Source: Antedon mediterranea (lineage: Eukaryota > Animalia > Echinodermata). From it: a stretch of 64,000 bases of DNA. The DNA is taken from positions 9,672,001 to 9,736,000 of the forward strand of contig NC_092672.1 in NCBI RefSeq assembly GCF_964355755.1. Direction: 5' to 3'. Of this stretch, positions 11,701-23,700 are shown one piece after another (the stretch's first letter is position 1; each line of letters starts with the position of its first letter). The notes under the pieces were generated by a model. It worked only from the letters and a program-made list of their open reading frames with translations, ran no database searches and was not told where the DNA came from. The position numbers and the translations under genes were made by a program.

Positions 11701-14700
11701 ATATTTTGTCCTTTTTGGCGTTTCATGATTTTAGGCGTTCCATAACCGGCGGCCGAAATGACTGGCGGCCGATATGCACTGTGACCTTTTTTTTTATTAA
11801 CAACTAGGCCTAAACCGAATGCGTGACAGAATTTCCAGTTGAATGATAATCATAGAATATAAAGATAAAACGATAATGATCATCGCGAGCTCCACCTTGT
11901 ATTGTGCACAAGAATGTAGGATAAAAATGCATTGTGCTTGTGCAGTGCATGACAAAATACTATTATTTGCTAGAAGTAATAATATTTTACCTTTTTAATA
12001 CCTGTACACAAAACGAATTAAGAGGTCAAAAAAAGTGCACTGAAGTGAAATGAATGATGAAAAACCAGAATTTCGCTAATTTAAGTAGACCTGGTTCAGT
12101 AAAACGTAACAATAAGTTATTCAAATGCTTTAACTTTTGTATGCGTATAGTATTTTTCTGTTTGTGGTGCTATCAAAAACCTCTTTTTTAGTACTTTTTT
12201 TCTGTCTGCTCGTCTTTCAAAATGGTTAATTAATTTTGTAACATTAATACAAACTTTTCATTTTTGCCTTGAAAGTTATTATTTATCTTCATTAAACATC
12301 AGAATACTTGTTCTCATTAAAATCTTTGTCTATTCGTCGTGTTAAAGAAAACTGTACAACACAATAATCTTCCGCTCGTTGATTAGGCCTAAATTATGGA
12401 CATACAGTCAAACAGCCCAAATATGAAGACTTTATATCTAGTGACTAAAAAATAGAAGAATTGAAGGAAAAGGCAAATATTCAAGTTAAACAATTTTTGG
12501 TTTTTTTTGCTTGTTTTTAATTATTATTTTTTCCAATATGTATTTCATAGATTCGACCACAATAGATATTTATGTCACAGACGAAGATGATCCCGTATAT
12601 TCAACAACACCTGAAATGACGACACAAGGTGAGTAGGCCTAATAATCAAATAAAAAAAAAATCAGCTGCTATCTATAGATATTGCAATGTACAGTATGAT
12701 GCCGTTGTGTGTTGTAATCTCGTTCCAAATTAATAACAATAATGAATTAATAAATATCTTTAAAAAATCTATTATGTTATGTCAGTCAATAACATGACGA
12801 CTAGTCTGGGTTCCAGACGGAGTTTTGTCTTAATATTAGTAAAAAGATAAATATTTTGGCACATATGGCGTTTCATACGTATACTACTTGATTTTGGATA
12901 CTGTATTTTCAGACAAAAATCGCGGTCGAAATAAAAACAAATAAATAAAAAAAAAAGATAATACAGACTTGGGGCAAGTCTACATGACGACAGACAGCTA
13001 TATACATTTAAGGCCTACCATACTTTGTTGTAAATCAAATCTGGCTTAAGCTTGGTTTCCACTAGCGACGCAACGTAACGCAATCTACGAAACGTAATAA
13101 AATGCCCTTCTAATAATTGTGTTTTCCCCCGTCTGCGTGAAATCAAACCTGCGATGTTTGCATCACTATTGCGTCGTTCCCACTAGAACGCAATGCAGCG
13201 ACGTATTGACGCAAAGTGCTGTATTGTGTAATCACCAGTGGGAACCGACGATGAATCAGTTATGAAAACATCTCACAGGTTTGATTCACGCAGGCGGGGG
13301 CAAACACAATTATCGGAAGAAAATGTATTTCCAGTAATTGTGTTTTCCCCCGCCTGCGTAAAATGAAACCTGTGATGTTTGCAGCACTGTAGAACGCAAC
13401 GCAACACAACGCCTTTTCTTAAGCGTAGTTCCCACTAGCGACGCAACGTAACGTAACCGACGCAACGTTACAAAATGCCCTTCCAATAATTGTGTATTAT
13501 CAGTTTTACTCATAATCGTCATTCTCTGATTGGTTGAAACTTCGTCAGTCTTTCGAGGGCGCACTTCGAATATATCTTCAATTGTTTTGCGTTAGTTAGC
13601 TACATTAAAGGGAAGTTCCTATTATTGACAAAGAATAAAGGTAATAATAATATTTTTCAAAAAACCAAAAATAATCTTTTCAGTACGTTAATTGAAGTAA
13701 TTTCATTAGTTATACGACACACTAAAATATTGTACCATCTTTAGACCAGTGTTTAAAGTTTAAAGTTTATTTACACGGCAAAACATTACAAACTACTTTG
13801 TAAGTAGTGCAATTGAGTGAATAACATGTGACCCACAAGCATCTAACCAAATGACAATAATCTACTCAGGTGTGTTATAATACTACTGCATATCTGTTTT
13901 TGTTTTGTTTTTTTCTTCAGATCCAGATCAATGTGCGTTTGAAGTATTAAACGAATGTGATACCGAAAACGGACATTGTACAAATACGGATAGTGGCTAC
14001 ACGTGCGAATGTAATGAAGGATATACATTGGCGTCTAATGGTTTCGACTGTGAAAGTAAGCTACATTTACACACACACACAAATATTCTAAATATGCACG
14101 TACTCATTGAAAAAATCCCTATTATTTTGTACTGAAGTATTTTTCGACAAGGCTATCATTTGAATATAAAAGCGTTTTCCTCCTAATGGTGGTTTTTCAT
14201 GCAATGACACTATTGTTTTACAGATACGAATTGCCCAAATACATTCACTAAATGTCCAGGTACCAATAATGACAACTGCGTTTCATTTAACAAATTATGC
14301 GATACGATAAATGACTGTGGTGATTGGTCAGATGAAAATGCACTCTCGTGTGGTAAGTCTTAATTTTAAATTGCTACAGATAAAAATAGACATTAACTGT
14401 GTAATTATTGCTATGAGACGCTGATAATACGAAAGAGTAGGCCTATGTCACGCCAAATGAATTGAATAATATTACAGTATGATGTATATATATTATTATA
14501 AATATATTAAACACAAAAGACAAAAAACATTAATTCTAAACCGCCCGGCGATATACTAAAAATGTAAGATAAGATAATAAGATAAGATGATTGTTGTAAT
14601 TACAGCCTCGGTATTATATGGTAGCGTGGCCAGTTCATTTCCACGCCGCCTTATACTGTTATTATGTTTAGTATTTTTGCTAATTTTAGGGGAATGTTCT

Positions 14701-17700
14701 GAAAGTCAAACACGATGTGATAACGCTTATTGCATTGATACCAGCTTATTTTGCGATGAAACTGCTAATAATTGTCCGGATAATTTCGACGAGACGTCTT
14801 CCTTGTGTGATGGTGAGTATGTCTTCAAATCAATGACAGTCAAATTGCAAAGTGGTTAAGGCAGGGGCGCCGTTTACCGTACCTAAAAAGCCAACAGCAT
14901 CGGCAAAGGTTCGAGACCGACTCGCTCCTAGTTCTGTTGGTGGAACAAGTCTTTTTGGATAAGGACTATAAACCGTAGGTCAAATGCACACAGTTATAAC
15001 CTGTGTGCACTTTAAAGAACCCATTTCATTATTCGAGAACTGTTTCACAAAATAGCCTCTGTATCTGGGAGATTACCACCTATCTAATAGGACATTGATT
15101 AATTTACTATTGGTAATCCTTGGCCACAATGACTAAGACACGTACCAATATCAGTGTCCTACCGGGTCCAAATTATTCAACAACAAAACAATCCATGATC
15201 GTCACCTCATTTCACAATGAAAATCCTCATACTTACTGTATAGTAGGGCCCATAATAGCAGAAGCGTTATTATTATGGCAAATATTATACTTTTTGTTAA
15301 CAGGAAGTTGCCTTTCGTTGGACCCACTGGATAATGGTAAACAAACCTTTCCAGCACAACATCGCAGGCGTTATTTAAACAACCAAGTCATCGAATTCGT
15401 CTCTAACGATGGTTTTACGTTGGTAGGAGATTCAGTGTTGACGTGCACTGACGAAAGCTTCGGCGACAACCTACCTCGTTGTTATTGTAAGTGTTAGACC
15501 TATTATTGGATAAGTACACCACGTCACGGAAAACTCGTAATATGTCTAATATCTGCCGCGGTTTTACTTTAATCAAATGAGTGCCTCAATATCAATGTGC
15601 ATGCACAATTGCTTTTTTCATATTTAACACTATTTTAATGAATATTGTAGCGATGTGTAATGTACCTGATGCACCAACATATGGAACTGTATCGACCAAT
15701 GAAATGGTTGACCACGGTGATACAATTGAGTTTGCTTGTAGCACTGGTCTTGTTTTAGAACCTGCTACTCCAACTATATACACATGTAATGATGGTTCTC
15801 TTGAATACAACATCAGAAAGCACTGCATAGGTAATTATTCTTAATATTCTGTTTACTATTTTTCATCTTTTTAAATAATACATTAACTATATAAAAGAAT
15901 GATATAATAATAACTAACCCTGTGATACTGATTTAGTGAGTGAGTGGCCGAGCGGTTAAGACAGTGGAACCGTAATTACGTAGCCATAACATCGGCAGGT
16001 GTTCGAGGCTCACTCACTCCATGGTTCTGGTGGTAGAACGAGTCTTCTCGGATAAAGACTATAAACCGTAGGTCCAGTGTACACATCTAGCTCGTGTGCA
16101 CTTTAAAGAACCTAGTACATCTTTCGAGACGAGTAGGGGGTTACCCCGATGTATTAGTACATCACAGCCACTGATCACCAACTGGGCCTTCTGGGAGACC
16201 AGTCTTTGACTGAAGAGGTTACCCAGTATAAATATAAATTCCAATCAATCATTTAGGCTTATCCCACGTATTTAGACCAGTTCTAACGTTTTTTACGGTT
16301 CAATTAATATGCTTCGGTCGTCCCCAGGAGATAGACAGAGAAGCTCAACAGTTCCAGAACTATAATGTGGTGTACCGCGGCGCAAACTGATATTGATTTT
16401 AGACGTATACATGTATACATAGTCATGTATACTGTTTTGTTAACGCCTTCATTATTTTTTGGCCAGACTTCGATGAATGTACTCAAGACATCCCATGCGG
16501 CAGCAATGCCCAGTGCACGAACACATTTGGATCATACTCATGCGAGTGCAATGATGGATTTGAGGATGAGGGTGAGGGACAAGGATGTGAAGGTATGGTG
16601 GCAACTATATACCCACTAACCACATTTAAGGCCTTTCATAAAAATAATACGTGAAACCTAAACTTCTAACTCGAAGAGTCCTTCACACACTAAAGTCTAC
16701 ATCAACAGGAATGATTCGGACAATCAAAGCGAAGACAAAAGTGGTCATACAGTGGAAAGACCCTTAACACAAACACTGATCTTCAATGCTAAACAGAATA
16801 ATATGTATAACATATAATATAAAAGAGTGAACAACACATCTTTTTTTTTAATTTGTAGATATTGACGAATGTGCAAGGGGTACTGATACTTGCTCCGACA
16901 ATGCACTTTGTACTGATACTACCGGAAGCTACACATGCGAATGTAATGACGGTTATAGAGGCGATGGTTTTGAGTGTATCGGTAAGTTGATACATTTTTA
17001 CTATATTTAATAATATCGACAGTCGATCCTCTATAAATATTCTTCTTCCGCCGCCATTTTGTAAATGTAGAAATATTCATTGGATCAATAATGCCAGGTT
17101 GGTGGGCAGAATTCAGAAAAGGACTTTATGGTGGCTAAAAGTACGATAGGTTAAAGTTGGCAAGGATGGTTTTAAGAAAAGGACAAAATGCTTCAATGAC
17201 ATAAGATGTGTCTATTTTATGTCGTTTATAACATATATTTTAGTATTTTTTCAAACCAATTTTGGCTTTTCCTCTTTTAACGTAAGATTCGACAAATGTC
17301 AGCTATGTCTAAAAAATGTTTATATCTGTATGTTATCTAGAAATACTATATTTCGACTATGGATCCACGTATGGAGACAGTAGCCTGCGAGAGACTTTTG
17401 AAAGAAATACAAAGGCGCTCGGAGAGTACATATCTCCATCGTTTACTCCTCCGAATGGCTTTCCAGTTGGATCCGAATTTTTACCCAAACTTTATGTAAG
17501 TGTGACATTTATTGTAGGCCTATTGAATGCTATGGATCAGTTATACTAATTGTGTAACTATTACTGTTCTTGTAGCCGTATTCTTCTGTAGACACATTGT
17601 CGGATACTTAGTGTCAGTTGACTTCACTGCTGGTGTATGGATATGTCAAAAATACTTCATAATAGCCTTTCAATTTAAACTTGTCATGCAATAGTAGGCT

Positions 17701-20700
17701 AGATGATTGTATACCCTAAATTATCTTTTTCTACACTATCAAACTATATTTGAAAAAAAAATGTGATGTACCCATATATGGGCATGATTATATATTTTGG
17801 TACATCATATGTTGTTGTCACATCACAAGTTTGATAGTGTAGACAGAGCTTTAGAATCTATAATAACGATGAAATGAATGAATAATCATTAATATTACAA
17901 TTGTTTTTGTACACACATACAAAACCCGTTATTTATAATTTGTATTTTCTAATCCTTTGACAGTTTACGGAAAATGGAATTTTTATCTTGGTAAATAATA
18001 ACGATGATATTGTGAGTTACACATATCCGCCTTCTTCAGGTTTTGTTAGCGGCGATAGAAGGAACATTATTGCTCCATTCTGGGCTGATGGTGACATGTC
18101 AACAGACATTGGAGATGTTTTATACCAGGTATGGATGCTGTCTTCATATTATCTTGTTTTGTTTAAATTTACCAATTGTATTGATATACGTGAATAGGAT
18201 CAGTTTTTCCATTGTTACGGGATCAGGTAAAGGTTTGTACAAAATACTCAGGCCTACTAGTGTAAAAAAGGGAAAACAACTGATATGTAGATGTTACTCT
18301 TTCTATTTCTAACCCATATTGAATCTTCAAACTCTGAAAAGCCAAACTTTGTTCGGTCGGAATAATTTGTCCACAAACTTGGATGTTTCTATTAGTCAAC
18401 CAAGGCTTGGAAACACACGAGATACCTCTTACGAATGCCCGGATTACACAATTGTGCTCTAAAACCGCTGCACTAAGTATTATGCTATAATGTTATTGTT
18501 GCTTTGGTAAAGTAATGTGCTGTAATTCGTTGTGCTATTATCAGTTACATTATTATAATTTTTATAATATAATGTATAATTATACATTCAGGAGTACGTA
18601 TCAGGGGATGAAGACGCTCAGCTATTCCTTCCATACCTGTTAGATAGGCTAACAGAACTTACCGCAGCGGCTAGCATCACACTGCCAACAGACTTTACTC
18701 CAACATGGGCTTTGAAAGTTACCTGGCTCGATATAGCACAGCGTCCTGCGACTGCCTCAACACGTAAGGTACGGCAATCCTTCGAAATGCAAAAATATGT
18801 TATAACTCAAATTATATTCTTTTTTACAAAGTACACTTGGATGTATAAATCTAAATATTTCAATGTTTATTTTTAAAATATCCTTCTTAAGACGTTGCGG
18901 TACCTATAGTGAATAAATAGGACCTAATAAATAGGATAAACCTTTGCTAAGTTCGTTTTACATAGTGAAGCAAATTATAACGTATTGTATGTGTACACCA
19001 GTTTAATCTTACCATAACGCAGGAATCATTATCATATATCGTCCATTTTTTCAGCAGAACACATTCCAGGCAACCATAATGACTGACGGTCTGTTCAGCT
19101 TCGGATTATTTTTTTACGAAGAGGGAGATATGTCATGGGATGCTAGTTTAGAAGATCCAGCATATGCAACCATTGGATACAACGTCGACGCAGAAAATCC
19201 AACAAATTTTTTTACCGCCGGTCAATACAGACCCGATGAACATAATGGCAATACGGGAAAGCGCGGGCAATGGGTATTCCGATTAGATACAAATACAGAA
19301 GACACCATTAACCCGAGAAAATGGTGTAACGACTGGTATGACCAAGATAAGACAGAATCTTTCTCAACCAGAGGTTTAGGCACATGCCCCTGTACCGTTC
19401 AACAAATCGTACGTGACAGTCGCTACGTGTATAATCCGGTAATGTCCTTGTCACAAGACGGGCTTGGTAGAGGAAGTGATGTTGATGACGCACTTTCTAA
19501 CTATGAAATATCTTCCTCGGTCTTTTCAACCGTTGTAACACTTTTAAATGACAGTAAGACTAATATATATTTTTAATTTGAAATAATTATGTATCGAATG
19601 GAACATTTTTTCTTGATTTTTCACCGACGGCAGCAGCCGCTTACAAACGTAGTTATCTGTGTAACTCTAGGAAGATATGTTCACATCTAGGCTACAGGCT
19701 AAAGTCACATTGTATGAATTGTAGTTGGTTAGGGATCATCTCAACATTCTTCTACTACAGTTACTTCAGTAACTATGTTACTTCAACAACGTATGATTTT
19801 AGATTGTTTTAATGTTAATATTTTAGTTTATTAACTGCAAAATAAAAAATACTAAAAGAGCTTCCTAAATAATTGCATTAACGGAGTAAAGTGTAAACAA
19901 ATTCCAGTTCAATTTAAGTTACGAGCGCATAGAGACATCGTTTATTTGCGCTATATAAATCTATATATTATTATTATTATTACTGCCATAATTGCAGTAG
20001 AATAGTTTTGATATGGTCCCTTATGCAGATTATAAATATTAATTTACATTAAGCTATTGTTTTATTCTTATTATCCATTGCAACAGGAACGTCATACGCA
20101 GTATGTTTCCATTCGTCAACGTTTAACTTCTTTTTTTCTGGAACACAATGCTGTTACCGCATCAATGACTTAGCCTTGCTGGAGGGATACAACGGAATTG
20201 GAGCTAGCAGTGTTGTTTTTAAATACGCCTATAATTTTGGATTTTTTGGAATATTTTCACAGTATATCAACCACATAGGTAAGATAATAATACTTTTATC
20301 AAGTGCAGCTGTATATTGGTGCTTGCCTTCCAATCCCAAGGTTCAATCCTGACCTAGTGGCAGGGTTGTAACTCACAACTCTTTCAACTCCACTCCGAAT
20401 GAGCCTTTTTATAAGCACGATAAACTATAAAATAGTTTAGCTCATCCTGTAATTGGCAAGTTTGTGATTGATGTTGGATGAGTATGAAATAAAGTAAAAT
20501 GAAATAAAAGATAAAAGAATATAATTTTATTGAAAACCCAATTGAAGACCGATACTTTATTCTCGGGTCATTATGAAGTTCACATTGTAATAAGAGACGG
20601 GGATTTTTCACACAATTTCAGAATCGGATTTCTCATACTTGTGTACTTTTTCTCCGATAATGTTTTTGTTTGTATACGACTTGTTATTTAGTATTTTAAC

Positions 20701-23700
20701 TTATTAAATCAGACATGATTATATTTTATTATTATCTATTATAAATGAAAAAGGCGAATATCAATACCACAGCACTACTACCGTATAGTAAATTTATTCC
20801 GAAAACAAATCTCCTCTTTTATTAAATAAAAGAGGATAAATGTTATTTAAATTAATTATATTACTATGTTGAAATCAGTAATGTTTTATCATATTTTCTG
20901 AAATGATTGACTAAATTATGTTTTTATTTTAATTTGTATTTAGCGTATGATATTATGCCTCGGTATTATTGTTGCTCTGTGTCCCAAGATGAAAGCTTAT
21001 GCGAAAAATACGTGGAGCGAAGACCTCAATCAAGCTGTAGGGGATACACTCCACCACGATGGTGTAAGATATTATATTTATATCACTGTCCTATCAGATA
21101 GGTGGTAATCACACAAGGACATTTGTAAACCGGTAACCCCCTACTCCTCTCGAATGATGAACTGGGTTCTTTAAAGTACACACGAGCAAACTCATCAGAG
21201 ATAATGTTTGTCTTAAAATTAGTTTTTATTACAAATCTTTAATGATGGCGATTCATCAACATTTTGGTAAATTCAGGCAGAGAAGAGTGAAATGGTAACT
21301 AGTAAATTTTAGTAGGGGTCTAACGGTTTTAATTTTCTTTTAAGTTATACGATTTGAGGACTAATCGTTATACTCCTGTTATTTCTAGCATGGATGTTTG
21401 GTGACCCCCATATAACGACCAGTGATGGCTATCAATACACCTTCAATGGACATGGCGAATTTCTATGTTCCGATGTTGATAGTGGTCTGTTTCAACTCCA
21501 ATGTCGAATGTCAACACCTATCTCAGATGAGAACGTTGAGGCTACCATTTTCTCTGCATTTACAGGAGTACATACCATGACCAGTAATACATTTGTAAGT
21601 GGTTTTAGAATTGTAAAACTGGTGCATAATTATACAAATCATGAGGAAAATTCAAACACTGTTTTTAATATAAATATTTGTAATGTTAGAGGTACCTGTT
21701 TAACGCCATACAGTACATAATAAACGTGCGAACACAACTAAATTATATTAAGTATACACCTGAGTAGGTTCTTTTCATTTGATTTGACGATTTTGGGTCA
21801 CATGACTGCACTATTGCATGCTCGACGTTAAATACAACGATTCAGCACATCAACGTTAAATATAGCAGTCAACTCATGAAATATCCAACATAAAACTCAT
21901 AAACATTCATTATTTGTATATTATATTGCTATGTATTAATATATAAACACATCAGGCAAAGAACATTAATTCTAAACCGCCCGGTGATATACTGAAATTT
22001 AATTAATTAATTTGAAACGATAAAGATGAGGAAATCTGTGAGAATGAGAAAAAGTCGCCCCAACCGAGACTCGAACTTGGACCGCCTGCTTGATATGCAG
22101 ATGTCCTAACCATTAGACCACTGGGGTTTTCATGGTATTGTTCAAACTCGATTGGATAGCAACTCTTTAACATTCTCGGCGTGGTACGGCGGAACAGCAC
22201 TAGTCCTCAGTGCACCAGAGATCAAATTGATTCGCCCTCATCTTTCAGTATTTTTATTCACGAGGCGGGATCTCCGAAGAGATACTTTTATATATATAAA
22301 CACATCAGGCAAAGAACATTAATTCTAAACCACCCGGTGATATACTGAAATTTAATTAATTAATTTGAAACGATAAAGATGAGGAAATCTGTGAGAATGA
22401 GAAAAAGTCGCCCCAACCGAGACTCGAACTTGGACCGCCTGCTTGATATGCAGATGTCCTAACCATTAGACCACTATGTATTAATATATATATATATATA
22501 TATATAATATTTGATAGCTTTTTTTGATTGCTTTTTGTTAGGTTCAATTCACACTAAATGAGGATGGAACAGATTTTGATATCGTTGTGAATGGTTCAGA
22601 AACGGTCACCACTTCTAGTTTGGAAATGGGTAATTGTTATCTATCAATTGGTCATTTAGGCTATTAGTGACACATTTGTTTTCGTTATTGTTTATAAAAA
22701 ATCACAATTTTGAAATACTCAAAAATCCATTTTAAATACGTATAAAAATGCATTTAAAATACAGAATTAAATATATTATCTGGAATGTCGAATTAAAAAT
22801 ATGAATTGCGTTTGGATCTATAATCTAAAACGTGAATTAAACTCTTTAACCATTGATTTGATGATCAATTAGCTGGCAATAGTCGAATATAATACAAATT
22901 ATTCTTCATCAACTTTTATTTAAAAAAAATGTATTCATTATTTTCTCTGCGATCTAGTTCAGAGTGTCTATTCACTTATTCCATCAGCAAAGTATTATGG
23001 ATTTTGTTCTCTTTCTTGGATTTCTGCCTTTCTTTGGAATGGTTTACCCATCTCTATCCGTCTTTACTTAAGCTCTGTCTACACTATCAAACTCAATATG
23101 TGACAACAAATGTGATGTGCCCATATATGGACATGATGACATCATATCACGACAATATTTGGGCATTTCACTACAATAGTTTGGCATATCACTACCATAT
23201 TTGGGCACATCACGTTTGTCAAACTAGTTTGATAGAGTATTGTAGTGGTAGAATTTTATACTGTTAAGCGCTTAGTGAGATTTTACATAATAATAATAAT
23301 GAGCTATCAAGCCTGAATTATTATAATCAAATAACACATTGTTATTATCTCATCTTACAGGACCTTACAGCACAATGAGTGATCCTAGCTTTTCAATATC
23401 TATACAAAATGTAAGCAACATCACTCGAGTGTCTGCGTCGTGGGGTAATATATCGTTTTCGGTTGCTTTGCAAGAAAAGATGCTTGATGTGGTATTACAA
23501 TTTACAGAGGAGTATAAGGGCAGGACATCTGGATTATTCGGTAATAACAGATTGCGTTACAGCTTTTTTTTACAATACTCTTTTAAATTTCGAATTTATT
23601 CGCGTGAATTGAAAAGTGTTGAACTAATGTGCATGCATATTTATATTTTCATCAACTTAATGTGACGTGATAAAAATGCGCAACAAATCAGAACTCATAA

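Noticed and set aside
22056-22127. Functional tRNA-Asp(ATC) gene
   Set aside because: Mismatches in the acceptor and T stems, a purine at position 32, an atypical anticodon, and location inside a duplicated repeat.
22195-22220. Hammerhead ribozyme core (CTGAGGA on the minus strand)
   Set aside because: No stem II followed by GAAA could be identified by eye.
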